Positions 1-9,617 of a stretch of 64,000 bases of DNA are shown piece after piece; the first letter of the stretch is position 1, and every line of letters starts with the position of its first letter. This DNA is from Candidatus Zixiibacteriota bacterium. Its GTDB lineage: Bacteria; Zixibacteria; MSB-5A5; WJJR01. Where the stretch lies: the NCBI GenBank assembly GCA_016235085.1, contig JACRMA010000137.1, positions 11,106 through 75,105 of the forward strand. Reading direction: 5' to 3'. Made by a program: the position numbers and the translations under genes. The notes below the pieces were generated by a model. The model was not told the DNA's origin, did not search any database, and saw only the letters and a list, made by a program, of their open reading frames with translations.

Positions 1-768
1 AATATCATCCGGCCTGTGAGCATCCGAAGCGGAGGCAATTGGGATGATATCCTCTACTGTCGTCCAACACGATTGCGCTTCGATCACCGGTTCGAAGTCA
101 CGGTACACGCCCCGGAATCGCATCATCTTCGCAGGCTGGTCGATTCGTCGGCGCTGACTCGGCCAATCCAGGATTGGGGAGACGACTGGCTGATTCATTG
201 GACGCGCACTTGCCATGGACCGTGGCCGGGGGAAACGAAGGCGCAATTCTTCGAGTGCTTCTCGGAATGGAGTGTCGAGTACTGCCACTCCGCGTACAAG
301 ACTCTGCTTCACATTCTCCGGGAGAAACGCATAAGGGCATCCGCAAGGAAGATCGGCGACAAGCGCGCGGTCGTTGCATTCACCGATTTGTCCCCGGTGG
401 CTTCGCTGGAGCTGATGCGCTGGCGGCCGCGCTGGACCAATTGGGCGTTCGAGCCGTACGGAATTGCCATCCACCGCGACCTGGCGGCCACCCTCGGTAT
501 CCGCCCGGTACGCTATGTGCCCGCGGCCGGATGGAAAACAGTGCCGACGGAGGAGAAGCCGTTTACACACAGTGACGGCAAGTCTGATCCGATCTGGCCG
601 ATGGAGCGCGAGTGGCGTTGTCTCGGTGACGTCGATCTTGCGAGCATTCCCCCCGAGGCAATTCGCATCATCGTTCGGGAACGGGCGGAGGCTGAGAAGG
701 CGGGTAAGCAATTAGCAGCAGGGGTGTTCGCGTTCATGGAGAGCGCTCCGAACGAATTGGATAAGTAG
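1..768 (+). CDS. Hypothetical protein, probably 5'-truncated by the window edge. The reading frame is open from nt 1 and the listed ORF begins with GTG at 16.
   Basis: ORF track 16..768 with no in-frame stop upstream to position 1. No recognisable motif. Directly upstream of an SNase-like gene on the same strand. Confidence 0.35.
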   Translation, partial: NIIRPVSIRSGGNWDDILYCRPTRLRFDHRFEVTVHAPESHHLRRLVDSSALTRPIQDWGDDWLIHWTRTCHGPWPGETKAQFFECFSEWSVEYCHSAYKTLLHILREKRIRASARKIGDKRAVVAFTDLSPVASLELMRWRPRWTNWAFEPYGIAIHRDLAATLGIRPVRYVPAAGWKTVPTEEKPFTHSDGKSDPIWPMEREWRCLGDVDLASIPPEAIRIIVRERAEAEKAGKQLAAGVFAFMESAPNELDK

Positions 769-1030
769 CCCACTGGGTACCAACTTAAGACTTCATAAAT
801 CGCTTGACTTGAATTTCGTGTGCCCTCAGAATTAGTGCCGGTGAGAGTCAGTACATGCGCTCGGCGGGAAACGGCCTGACGCCGGGCAATGAGTCGGCAA
901 GTTAAGCGCGGGTGATGTCGGTTGCCTGCGTGTGCGTTGGGTTGCGTTCGCGGTTGGGGATGCGCACCCATCAGCAGGCGACACGCGTTACTCCAATTCA
1001 CCATTGTTGCACCAAGAGGAGGTAGCGTAC

Positions 1031-2059
1031 ATGGGAATTCTCACTGTCCAAGGGTCGCTCCGTGTGGCCCAGTTCTGGCCCAAGGGGGGCGCTGATGCCG
1101 ACACGGCCACCGTGGAGGTTGTGCTGGCCCGAAGAAACGCATTCGTCTACACCGACGACCGGGGCCGGAAACAGGAAACGCGTGCGTTCATGAAGGCGGA
1201 AGTCGTGGGACGCCAGGGGCCCCAGCCGGTTGTGAGGCACGACAAGAAACTCGATTCCGACAAGATCAACGTACGGCTTCAGGGTATCGATGCGCCGGAA
1301 TTGCATTATCAACCCACCGTCAAAGGGTCTGCCGGAAAGAACGGCAAGTTTCGGCAGTGCTTTGGTGAATCCTGCGCCCACGCACTGCTGCGCTATTTAT
1401 CGCAATTGAAGATGCCGGAAATTCCCTGCGAGGTTCTTTCGCGCGTTCTGAAACCATCGGATGTCTGCGATGTCTATGGCCGAGTCGTCGGGAATCTCGT
1501 GATCACCCTGGATGGCGCGCGTGTCGACTTGAACCACTGGATTATCAGCGAAGGTTGGGCACTTCCCAGTTTCTACAATTCCATGACCAAGAGCGAAATC
1601 CGCCAGCTTATGGCAGACTTCACGGCGGCGAAAGACGGCAAACGCGGGATACACAGCGGCCGGTACGTTGCAGCAAAACTGGTGAAGTTCAGTGACAAGC
1701 GCCGGTACCGGAAGGGACCCGGCACATTCAAGTCCCTCAGCGACAAAGGAAGAATCAACTCACCGAAATTCTTCCGTCGCCAGGCGGAGCATCATGTGAA
1801 ACTCGCCGTGGGTACCGCGGGAATTCCGGCCTCGTTCTCCAGTTTTGTGTCGTCGAAAAAGGAGGACAAGGCAGTCGGGCGGGAGATCTTCCTGGCTCAT
1901 CGAGGTTCAGGGACGGCGCAATCTTTCGGCAAGCAACTCAGGCAGCTTGGTACGTTTGTCAAGCAGGGTAGCTATCCGATCGGGACAGAGCTTGTCTTTT
2001 GGGAAGCGGCGGCAAAACTCGTGAAGGCTGGGACGAAAAAGGAAATCACATCCTGGTAG
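1031..2059 (+). CDS. Staphylococcal-nuclease (SNase/thermonuclease)-like domain protein with a long basic C-terminal extension
   Basis: GIDAPE motif (LQGIDAPELHY) and downstream DVYGRVVGNLV...ISEGWALP, as in micrococcal nuclease homologs. AGGAGG RBS at 1016-1021, 9 nt before ATG 1031 (MGILTV); the ORF-track start at 932 is likely too long. Confidence 0.6.
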   Translation: MGILTVQGSLRVAQFWPKGGADADTATVEVVLARRNAFVYTDDRGRKQETRAFMKAEVVGRQGPQPVVRHDKKLDSDKINVRLQGIDAPELHYQPTVKGSAGKNGKFRQCFGESCAHALLRYLSQLKMPEIPCEVLSRVLKPSDVCDVYGRVVGNLVITLDGARVDLNHWIISEGWALPSFYNSMTKSEIRQLMADFTAAKDGKRGIHSGRYVAAKLVKFSDKRRYRKGPGTFKSLSDKGRINSPKFFRRQAEHHVKLAVGTAGIPASFSSFVSSKKEDKAVGREIFLAHRGSGTAQSFGKQLRQLGTFVKQGSYPIGTELVFWEAAAKLVKAGTKKEITSW

Positions 2060-2188
2060 ACACCGCCGAAGAACCATAGGATGTATCACGTGCCCGGTCC
2101 TTGCCGCGAATACGGCCGTTGTCGGATACGGAGCGCGCTTTCACGCGATGCCGAGTTCACCTGATCAGGCTGGCATACGGATTAGCGC

Positions 2189-5100
2189 CTAATTGGGTCT
2201 CACCAGCCAGAAATCGCGTGGATGCAGGCGATACACTGTAGCGTCACCTTCGGTGCTCCGGAGATACTGTTCATATGATTTGAACTGCTTCTCCGGGCCG
2301 ATGACGAAATAGACCGCGTCCGGGACATCCACCTTCTTGGGGCCGTATCCCGGAAGCACCTGGCCATAGGTGTACTCCATGCGCGAGTTCAGATCTCCGA
2401 ACAGATCGCGTGAGTCACGTTGCGCGAGCACGCCCTGGCGGAACCGGCGGACGGCATCCGGTGTCACGCCGTCTTCAAGGTCGGCAGCCATCGCCTCGCC
2501 TCGCTCCTCGAACGAGGACCCCGAACGGTACTCGGCGAACGCCCGGGAGATGGCGTATTCGGCGAGCGACGTGTCGTAGGGCGCCTTCTTCAGTTCATTC
2601 ACGACAAACTGCATGGTTTGGGCCAGATCGGGACAACGCTCGGCGTAATAAATCAGCCGGCCCTGTGATTCGTCGTAGCGCAAACCGTTGGAGTACGCCA
2701 GGCCGGCGCTCCACGTCTTCATGAACATGCTGTGCGCACCATGTCCGCCGTACAAGCGTGCCGAGAGAAACTTCTTGATCGCCTCTGGGTCGAAATCGAC
2801 GAAACTGGCGCCCTTGACGGAATTGATGAAGACGCCAGACCGCGTGTTCTCATTAAGGAGGCCGACGAACACCGGACGCCCGAGCCCGGGCGTGCGGTCG
2901 CGCAGGCGGTTCACGATGCGTGGGCTGCCGCCGTAGGCCAGATGCTTCGAGGGAGACTTATCCAGCTTTGCCAGGAGCGCCTGAATTCGCGGCTCGAGGG
3001 CCTTCTGGTTGGGTGAATTGCCAATGACGAAGGTGCGGACGTTGTCGGCGTGCCGGATCATTTGCATCACGCTGTTGAGTTCGGCGAGCGCAGTCTGCGG
3101 CGGAACCGCGAGATCGGAGCTCATCTGTTGGCAGAGATAGGTCCAATCTCCCTGAAGGCTGTTGTCCGGAAGATCCGCGAGCGTCAGCTGCAGGTCATTG
3201 GCGGCATCACGCACGAGATCCCTTGTAGCCGGTGAAAGCCCGCCGAGTTTCGCTTTCACGCTTGTGATCGCATCATTGAGTTCCTCTGCGGCGATGTCCT
3301 TGCCTTGCAGGATCGCCAGTGCCGAAGCCAGATGATCTCGATCGGTCTGCGAGGGCATGGCCGCGAGCTTATCCATGAAGCCGCTGAACTCGGCAAGGGC
3401 TGCCGGAGAACCGGCGTCCTTCAAGCGCCACCGCAAACGGTGCAGGGCGTGAGTTTGAGTCAGAAAACAGTCCGTGTTCAGAATCAGGGGATTGGTTTGC
3501 CGCCAGTAGGCGTTCGCCGGGTCCATTACCCAGGATTCCTCGGACCCGCGCATTCGATTACGCAACGAACTCAAATCGAGATCGATGGCATCGCGGAGGC
3601 GCGGAAGATTCGCGGCACGCCAGTCGGCGTCGTACAGGATCGCTCCCAGCCAGTCCATCGCAATCTGCGACTCGGCGGCATCATTGCCCGAGGCCTTCGT
3701 GACCAATTCCACCCGCTCGGTGCGGTCGTTCACGCTGTAGTATGTGCGCAGGTCATAAATCTCGCGGCGAATCCGCTCCTTCATCTCATCATAGGGAACC
3801 GGCCTGCCGTCCTTTTGCACGCCAACCTCAGTCAGTAGAGTGGGCAGTGCGGCCGCATAGAATAGCAGCGACTCGGGTACGACATCCATCCGGAACGCCA
3901 GTCCGACTGTGGCGCTGCTCATAGTCTCGAAGGTAGAGTTTACCGCCCGCCCGCCGCCGGGCAATTTGTGATTCGTCCACCGCAATTGATCATCAAGCGT
4001 CATCGGAGGATTGCTGATAAACTTGGGCATCGGGATCTTGCCCGCCTCGTCGTCGATGACCGCCGTCTTGGCGTCGTAGTCCGCTTTGAAACGGCGCATC
4101 GCGTCCTCTTTGCTGGATACTGCGTACTGCTGCTGCAATCCGGCGATGTAATTGTCGATGCGGGCGGTACGGGCGGCTTCTGTCTCCCTGATCATGTCGG
4201 CGCTGGGACGGGCAGCAACACCGTAGGGGATGTGTTCGAGCAAGCCCCATTTCTGAATGTAGTCGCGCCAGATGTTCTTCGCTGAGGCAAGTTGCATCTC
4301 GGCGAACTGCAGTTCCGAATCCAGCGTCAGGCGTTTCCGGAATCCAGGTGCCTTCTGAAGATGCTGAAGATGGCCAAACCAATCGGCAACGCCGCCACGG
4401 AATCCGAATCCGGGAGGAGTGTTGAGCAGTTTCTTCAACTCCCGGTTCCGTTCCATCACGCGGCTGCGGGCACGCTCGTTGAACTCTTCCAGCGCGTCCG
4501 AGCCATCCGGCATACTGGCGATGGCGCGGATTTCACTCAAGATCACCGAACGGACGGAATCGATCATCGACTCGGTTGCCACTTCGCGCTTGATGTTGTC
4601 GAGCCCGATCGATACGGGATGTCCCTTGTCGGAGCTCACCCAGCCGAAGACGGCATTGGCCCCGAGGTCCATTGTCCTTGTCTGCGAATCGATGAACTTT
4701 CGGTACAGATTCGATGTTTCGCCACTCGCGAGATTGGCGATCAGCAAATCGAGCAAGTACCCCTCGTTGTTGTCGTACGACAGAGATGGCGCCCAACCGT
4801 AGACCAGCAGACCGGGCTGGTTTTCATTCTCGTTGGGAAACGTCACGATCCGGATCGCTCCTGGGGTTGCGCTCCGGGGAGCGGGAAGCCGGTCATCCAG
4901 TGTCGCCGGGTCATCGCCGGGTTTGGCGTCGGGCTCGACTTTGGCCAGGAGCGCCGATGTCTTGGCGAGGCAGTCGTCAAGCGTGACATCGTCGGGGAGG
5001 GCGACAATCACACCCATGTTGTTCAGATGGTAGGTGTTTTCGATGAAACGCCACATGTCTTCGGGGACCATGGCGCGGATCGAGTCCGGAAAACCGCCGG

Positions 5101-5770
5101 CGTCGTTGCAGAGCGGATGGCCGGCGCCGTACTGGAGCAATCCCAGTTCGCGGCCCAGGTTCGACCACGGACGCTCGTACCCACTCACCATCTCGTTGTA
5201 AACAGTGCCCTTCTCTTCGAGTCGCAGGCTACTGTCGGTCGGATTGACCGTATATCCGACATTGCAGACTTCGCGCCGGATTTCCTCGTCGGAGAAATTG
5301 GGATGCAGCAATGCGTCCAATTGGTGCTGCATCAAATTGAAGAAGACATCGGCCCCTGCCGGCGTGTGAAAGTGATAGCAGGTCTGGAGCTGGGCCGTGA
5401 ATGCCGAGCTATTCCCAAGCGACATTGCCTCCAGCGATCCGACATACCTCCCCTTGGTGCCCTTCCCCAAGAGCAAATGTTCGCAAGTGTGCGGCTCGCC
5501 TTTGTCCGAGGGCGGTATCGAGTTGACCCACATGAAGGCCTGCGGGACCGATTGAATACGCAACAGGTCCAGGACAAGACCGCTGGGCACATGGCGGAAC
5601 CGCCCGCCCATTGCCTTGCCGGCGTCATCCTCGTAGACTGTTTCGATTCGGAAATCGGAGATGACCTGATCGGGTTTCAGGGATTCGAATGCGGGGTCAG
5701 CGGCGGCAGACGAGACAATCATGGAAGTGATACACACCATCACAGCGGTTAAGAAGAGCTGCTTACACAT
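2189..5770 (-). CDS. Secreted M16-family (pitrilysin/insulinase-like) zinc metallopeptidase, 1193 aa, tandem M16 lobes
   Basis: Inverted zinc motif HxxEH (HTCEHLLLGKGTKG) near the N-terminus, hydrophobic signal peptide (MCKQLFLTAVMVCITSMIVSSAAA), size typical of two-unit M16 peptidases. Confidence 0.75.
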   Translation of the reverse strand: MCKQLFLTAVMVCITSMIVSSAAADPAFESLKPDQVISDFRIETVYEDDAGKAMGGRFRHVPSGLVLDLLRIQSVPQAFMWVNSIPPSDKGEPHTCEHLLLGKGTKGRYVGSLEAMSLGNSSAFTAQLQTCYHFHTPAGADVFFNLMQHQLDALLHPNFSDEEIRREVCNVGYTVNPTDSSLRLEEKGTVYNEMVSGYERPWSNLGRELGLLQYGAGHPLCNDAGGFPDSIRAMVPEDMWRFIENTYHLNNMGVIVALPDDVTLDDCLAKTSALLAKVEPDAKPGDDPATLDDRLPAPRSATPGAIRIVTFPNENENQPGLLVYGWAPSLSYDNNEGYLLDLLIANLASGETSNLYRKFIDSQTRTMDLGANAVFGWVSSDKGHPVSIGLDNIKREVATESMIDSVRSVILSEIRAIASMPDGSDALEEFNERARSRVMERNRELKKLLNTPPGFGFRGGVADWFGHLQHLQKAPGFRKRLTLDSELQFAEMQLASAKNIWRDYIQKWGLLEHIPYGVAARPSADMIRETEAARTARIDNYIAGLQQQYAVSSKEDAMRRFKADYDAKTAVIDDEAGKIPMPKFISNPPMTLDDQLRWTNHKLPGGGRAVNSTFETMSSATVGLAFRMDVVPESLLFYAAALPTLLTEVGVQKDGRPVPYDEMKERIRREIYDLRTYYSVNDRTERVELVTKASGNDAAESQIAMDWLGAILYDADWRAANLPRLRDAIDLDLSSLRNRMRGSEESWVMDPANAYWRQTNPLILNTDCFLTQTHALHRLRWRLKDAGSPAALAEFSGFMDKLAAMPSQTDRDHLASALAILQGKDIAAEELNDAITSVKAKLGGLSPATRDLVRDAANDLQLTLADLPDNSLQGDWTYLCQQMSSDLAVPPQTALAELNSVMQMIRHADNVRTFVIGNSPNQKALEPRIQALLAKLDKSPSKHLAYGGSPRIVNRLRDRTPGLGRPVFVGLLNENTRSGVFINSVKGASFVDFDPEAIKKFLSARLYGGHGAHSMFMKTWSAGLAYSNGLRYDESQGRLIYYAERCPDLAQTMQFVVNELKKAPYDTSLAEYAISRAFAEYRSGSSFEERGEAMAADLEDGVTPDAVRRFRQGVLAQRDSRDLFGDLNSRMEYTYGQVLPGYGPKKVDVPDAVYFVIGPEKQFKSYEQYLRSTEGDATVYRLHPRDFWLVRPN

Positions 5771-5976
5771 TTGTGGACCTCGATGATAGGGGAGACTTGG
5801 AGAAATCGATTACATCGAACGGCATTCCCCTATATAGGAGAACCGGCATGCCTCGGGCAAGTGCTTGTCGATTGTGCCAACGATGATCCCTCTGTCTTTG
5901 CGGATAAGCCAGGATGAAGGAGGGCGATCCGCCGCGGCGGATCGCCTTCCCACTCGTGTCCGATTAACGAAGACTT

Positions 5977-6487
5977 CTACGCTGTGAGAATCTCCTCCAA
6001 CCGTTGGTAGCTCATCTCGACCCCTTTGGTCATGCCGGATTGGATCGCCATGTCACGGCCTTCCTTGGTGGGGTACATAATCGCCATGGTGAGTGTCGTC
6101 CTGCCGCCCTTCTCCACGAAAGTAGTCGTGTCCACGGCTTCACCGGGGAACCATGTCTCGTCGAATGTCTCTGTTGCGACATATCGCTCCGTCGAATTTC
6201 TCTGTTGCGACATATCGCTCGGGGATCACGACCTCGCGGAAGACCCCGCCCGACGCCATCCTGGAGCCCTTCTCGTTTTGCCAGACGAAACGGTATGTAC
6301 CGCCGACACGAAGATCGATCAAGCACTCCGGCATCGTCCAGCCCGGCGGACCCAGCAGCCAGCGTTTGACCAGTTCGGGTTTGGTGAGCGCATCGAAGAC
6401 CATTGCGCGCGGGGCGGCGAATTCGCGCGTCAGCACGATTTCCCGTTCTGAGGGTGTGGTGACTTTCAACAAGCTGGTGTCGATCAT
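5977..6487 (-). pseudogene. Aha1/SRPBCC (activator of Hsp90 ATPase-like, Bet v1 fold) domain gene disrupted by a +1 frameshift from a 31-bp tandem duplication
   Basis: Two overlapping minus ORFs (6140..6487 and 5977..6213) are both SRPBCC-like, and ERYVATE is encoded twice. The 31-bp unit gtcgaat[g/t]tctctgttgcgacatatcgctc is repeated at 6160-6190 and 6191-6221. The gene overlaps the upstream arsR-family gene by 4 nt, the typical arsR-aha1 operon arrangement. Confidence 0.6.
6160..6221. repeat. 31-bp direct tandem duplication (30/31 identical) inside the Aha1-like gene
   Basis: Read directly from the sequence; period 31. Confidence 0.85.
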
Positions 6488-6876
6488 CGTTTGACTCCCC
6501 TGGTTTTGGTTGGTTTGTGTTTGGCATCTTTCGTCTTGAGTTCAACAAGCAGCGCATCGAGACGGCCGAAATTGCCCTCCCAGATACGCCGGTATTTTTC
6601 CAGCCAATCGGTGGCTTCTGTCAGCGACTTGACGTCCAGCCGGCAGGGGCGCCGCTGCGCCTCGCGGCCCCGCGTGATCAGCCCGGCGCGCTCCAGCACC
6701 TTGAGATGTTTCGAGATCGCCGGCTGGCTCATGGCGAACGGTTCGGCCAGTTCCAGCACCGATGCGTCCCCGTTTGCCAGCCGCGCCAGAATGGCACGGC
6801 GTGTGGGGTCGGCCAGCGCGGCAAACGTGGCATTCAAACGGTCACGCCCCGGTTTTGTATAACCCATCGGTTCCAT
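6484..6876 (-). CDS. ArsR/SmtB-family HTH transcriptional regulator
   Basis: ADPTRRAILARLANGDASVLELAEPFAMSQPAISKHLKVLERAGLI, a canonical ArsR wHTH; 130 aa. Confidence 0.8.
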   Translation of the reverse strand: MEPMGYTKPGRDRLNATFAALADPTRRAILARLANGDASVLELAEPFAMSQPAISKHLKVLERAGLITRGREAQRRPCRLDVKSLTEATDWLEKYRRIWEGNFGRLDALLVELKTKDAKHKPTKTRGVKR

Positions 6877-6990
6877 AACTGAATGGTAATATAAGGCGCG
6901 GTCCTTGGGTTGTCAAGCCCAGTACCAGAGAAATCCTCGTGGTGCTAGACTAAGGGGTGTGTTGAAAGACCCGGTTCCAAATCAGGGTGC

Positions 6991-7038
6991 CACGGACAAG
7001 CAGATTCTCCGGCTCTTGGGAGAATCTGCTTGTCCGTG
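6991..7038. repeat. Perfect 20-bp-arm palindrome (cacggacaagcagattctcc / ggagaatctgcttgtccgtg) with an 8-nt loop, in the cysK-arsR intergenic region
   Basis: Read directly. Shares the cacggacaag/cttgtccgtg core with the neighbouring hairpin. Confidence 0.7.
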
Positions 7039-7052
7039 TCTTCTTCGCGCAA

Positions 7053-7116
7053 ACCGAATAAAAACACGGACAAGGAGGACCGAGCAAAACAGCCGCTCGG
7101 TCCACCTTGTCCGTGG
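7053..7116 (-). terminator. Rho-independent terminator of cysK: a 21-bp imperfect stem-loop followed by TTTTTATT on the minus strand
   Basis: Plus strand reads cacggacaaggaggaccgagc..gctcggtccaccttgtccgtg. On the minus strand the stem is followed by gtgtttttattcgg. Confidence 0.6.
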
Positions 7117-7235
7117 CACCCGCGAAATGCTCCTTCGCTCCTATTGGCAAGGGTTCTTCAACGTGCCGCTGAGATCGCAGCCACGCCTACGGGCGGAGTC
7201 GGGCACAAGGGATCTGAACTTGGGCAGTCGGGGAG

Positions 7236-8168
7236 CTACTGCTTGTACACGTCCGTACTCAGGTACTTAAGCCCGGAGTCCACCATCAGGGTTGCGATGC
7301 ACGCGTCCGGGCCGAGGTGTTCGCCTATCCGGATCGCCGCGACGACATTGGCGCCGGACGAGGTGCCGGCGAAGAGGCCTTCTTCGCGGGCGAGGCGGCG
7401 GGCCATCGCTTTGGCTTCGTCAGTTCTGACAGCGGCGATTTCGTCTACCAGGCTGGGTTCCCAGAGCGGGGGAGTGTAGCCGATGCCGACGCCTTCGATC
7501 TTATGCGATCCCGGCTGACCACCAGACAGTACCGCTGATTCGGCCGGCTCGACCACGACGATTCTCACCCTGGGGTTGTGACGTTTCAGAATCGTTGCCA
7601 CTCCGCGCGATGAGGCGGCCGTGCCCGCGCAATGCACAAACGCGTCGACCTTCCCGTTCGTCTCGCTCCAAATCTCCTCGCCCAATGGATAGTAACCGGC
7701 GATTGAGTCGGCATTGCTGAGCTGGTTGGTCCAAAACGTGTGCGGCTGCTTGCTGAATTCACGGGCGGCTTCGACCATATCGAGAATCAGCTTCTTCGTG
7801 GTGAGGCCCCCCTCGCTGGGCACCAATGTCAGCTTCGCGCCAAACGCCGTCATGTGATTCAGCTTTTCCCGGCTGAACGCGTCGGACGAAACGATGTGGA
7901 TAGCGTATCCCTTCGCCACGCAAATCAGTGCCAGCGAAATCCCGGTGCTGCCGCCGGTATATTCCAGCACAGTATCGCCGGGTTTAAGCCGGCCATCCTC
8001 TTCGGCCTTGGAGATCATCGCCAGCGCGGCACGGTCCTTCATGCTGCCGGTGGGGTTCTCCCATTCCAGCTTGGCGAAGATCTTCGCGCAACCCGGTGGA
8101 ACAACTCTGCGTAGTTGCACAAAGGATGTGTTGCCGATTGCCTGAAGAATCGTTGAGTCGATGCTCAT
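7236..8168 (-). CDS. cysK: Cysteine synthase (O-acetylserine sulfhydrylase), PLP-dependent
   Basis: PLP-lysine motif SMKDRAA, glycine-rich GGSTG, 310 aa typical of CysK/CysM. Confidence 0.85.
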   Translation of the reverse strand: MSIDSTILQAIGNTSFVQLRRVVPPGCAKIFAKLEWENPTGSMKDRAALAMISKAEEDGRLKPGDTVLEYTGGSTGISLALICVAKGYAIHIVSSDAFSREKLNHMTAFGAKLTLVPSEGGLTTKKLILDMVEAAREFSKQPHTFWTNQLSNADSIAGYYPLGEEIWSETNGKVDAFVHCAGTAASSRGVATILKRHNPRVRIVVVEPAESAVLSGGQPGSHKIEGVGIGYTPPLWEPSLVDEIAAVRTDEAKAMARRLAREEGLFAGTSSGANVVAAIRIGEHLGPDACIATLMVDSGLKYLSTDVYKQ

Positions 8169-8400
8169 ACAATGTCACTCCGCATTATCTTCATTTCGAC
8201 CGTCGGCAAGAAACACAATCTTTCGGGCAGTCACAATTCGGAAAGCGCGAGGTTATGCTACGAGTGATATGGCCAAATTGATTCGGTGACGGACCTTTCG
8301 GTAAGCGCCAGTTGGGACAACTCTTCGTTGACATCCTGAAACCTCAGTCTAATCTATCCGCATCCGGCAGAGACCCGCGGGCCGGATAAAGGAGAATCCC

Positions 8401-9378
8401 ATGCGAGCAATGGTCTACAACAGATATGGCTCACCCGAGGATGTCCTGCAACTCACCGACATCGACAAGCCCGTGCCTGGCGATGACCAAGTGCTGATCA
8501 AAGTCCACGCGGCCGGTGTCGATCCCAGTGTCTGGCATCTCGTGACCGGGTTGCCATTTCTGGTGCGCATCATGGGCTTTGGGTTGTTGAAACCCAAGTA
8601 CAGCATTGCGGGATGGGATGTCGCGGGGCAGGTCGAAGCGGTCGGGAAAAATGTTCAGCAGTTTCGGCCCGGCGATGAAGTCTTCGGAACATGCAGAGGA
8701 TCCTTCGCCGAGTATGCCTGTGCGGCGGAAGACAAGTTCGTTACGAAGCCATCCAATCTGACCTTGGAGCAGGCCGCTGCGATACCGGTCTCGGGGCTCA
8801 CCGCGCTCCAGGGCCTGCGTGATGTCGCCAAAGTGCAGCCGGGGCAGAAAGTCCTCGTGATCGGCGCGGGGGGCGGTGTGGGGTCGTATGCGGTGCAGAT
8901 CGCCAAGGCGTTTGGTGCCGAAGTGACCGGCGTGTGCAGCACGGCGAAAGTCGATCTGGTCCGATCGCTCGGCGCCGACTTTGTCATCGACTACACGAAG
9001 GAAGATCTCAGCAAGAAAGGGCAGCGTTACGATTGCATCCTCGACACGGGAGGCCGTCGTCCGCTATCGCACCTCAGGCGAGTGCTTGCACCGGAAGGGA
9101 CTTTGGTGGGGGTTGGTGGCGAAGGCGGCGGAAAGTGGACGGGCGGTTTTCTGGGAGACCAGATCAGGACCCTCGCGATTTCGCCATTCACCCGCCAGCG
9201 GCTGCGTTCAATGATGGCGAAGACAAGGAAGGATGATCTGGTTGTCCTCAAGAATATGATCGAAGCCGGAAAGGTCACACCGGCGCTCGACCGAACTTTC
9301 CCGCTCGCGGAAGCTGCCCAGGCGATTCGGTACCTTACTGAGGGCAAGGTGAAGGGGAAGTGCGTGATTACGATTTGA
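8401..9378 (+). CDS. Zinc-type medium-chain dehydrogenase/reductase: NADPH:quinone oxidoreductase family
   Basis: MDR fold signatures (GAGGGVGSYAVQIAKAFGAEV), 325 aa; matches the Qor/YhdH-like subgroup. Confidence 0.75.
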   Translation: MRAMVYNRYGSPEDVLQLTDIDKPVPGDDQVLIKVHAAGVDPSVWHLVTGLPFLVRIMGFGLLKPKYSIAGWDVAGQVEAVGKNVQQFRPGDEVFGTCRGSFAEYACAAEDKFVTKPSNLTLEQAAAIPVSGLTALQGLRDVAKVQPGQKVLVIGAGGGVGSYAVQIAKAFGAEVTGVCSTAKVDLVRSLGADFVIDYTKEDLSKKGQRYDCILDTGGRRPLSHLRRVLAPEGTLVGVGGEGGGKWTGGFLGDQIRTLAISPFTRQRLRSMMAKTRKDDLVVLKNMIEAGKVTPALDRTFPLAEAAQAIRYLTEGKVKGKCVITI

Positions 9379-9569
9379 GGAGTGGAATCGCGGAACAGCC
9401 TGGAGGATTCGACGCCGACGGCGCCAATCAAGAGCGCGGTGAGGCCACTACCCTCCACCAGGTTGTTTCTGGGAGCGGGGCTCGGACTTTACGCCAAGGG
9501 GACAGGACCGTCGTGTTGTGAGCCGCCGCAGGCCGTAAGCCAGCAAACACCACCAGACACCAAAGGGCA

Positions 9570-9604
9570 ATTCCGGCAATAACTTAGCCGGGATTGCCCT
9601 GTCT
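9570..9604. repeat. Imperfect inverted repeat gggcaattccggc..gccgggattgccc (12/13) after the qor-like gene; possible terminator-like hairpin
   Basis: Read directly; no clear T-run follows. Confidence 0.35.
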
Positions 9605-9617
9605 GGTGATACCCCGT

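Noticed and set aside
932-1030. 33-codon N-terminal extension of the SNase-like ORF (MRWVAFAVGDAHPSAG..)
   Set aside because: A canonical AGGAGG RBS sits 9 nt before the internal ATG at 1031, and the extension has no SNase homology.
4292-5752. 486-aa plus-strand ORF and several other long ORFs antisense to the M16 peptidase gene
   Set aside because: They lie entirely inside a well-supported minus-strand gene with a conserved HxxEH motif. Their products are Arg/Gly/Pro-rich low-complexity sequences, typical of spurious antisense frames in high-GC DNA.
6160-6221. Possible CRISPR-like repeat (two 31-bp direct repeats)
   Set aside because: Only two back-to-back copies with no spacer and inside a coding region, so this is a tandem duplication, not a CRISPR array. 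No CRISPR arrays or cas genes were seen anywhere in the window.
6004-6557. Multiple overlapping ORFs in both strands over the Aha1-like gene region (121, 141, 175 and 113 aa)
   Set aside because: The SRPBCC reading frame, interrupted by the 31-bp duplication, explains the region. The other frames are GC-driven artefacts.
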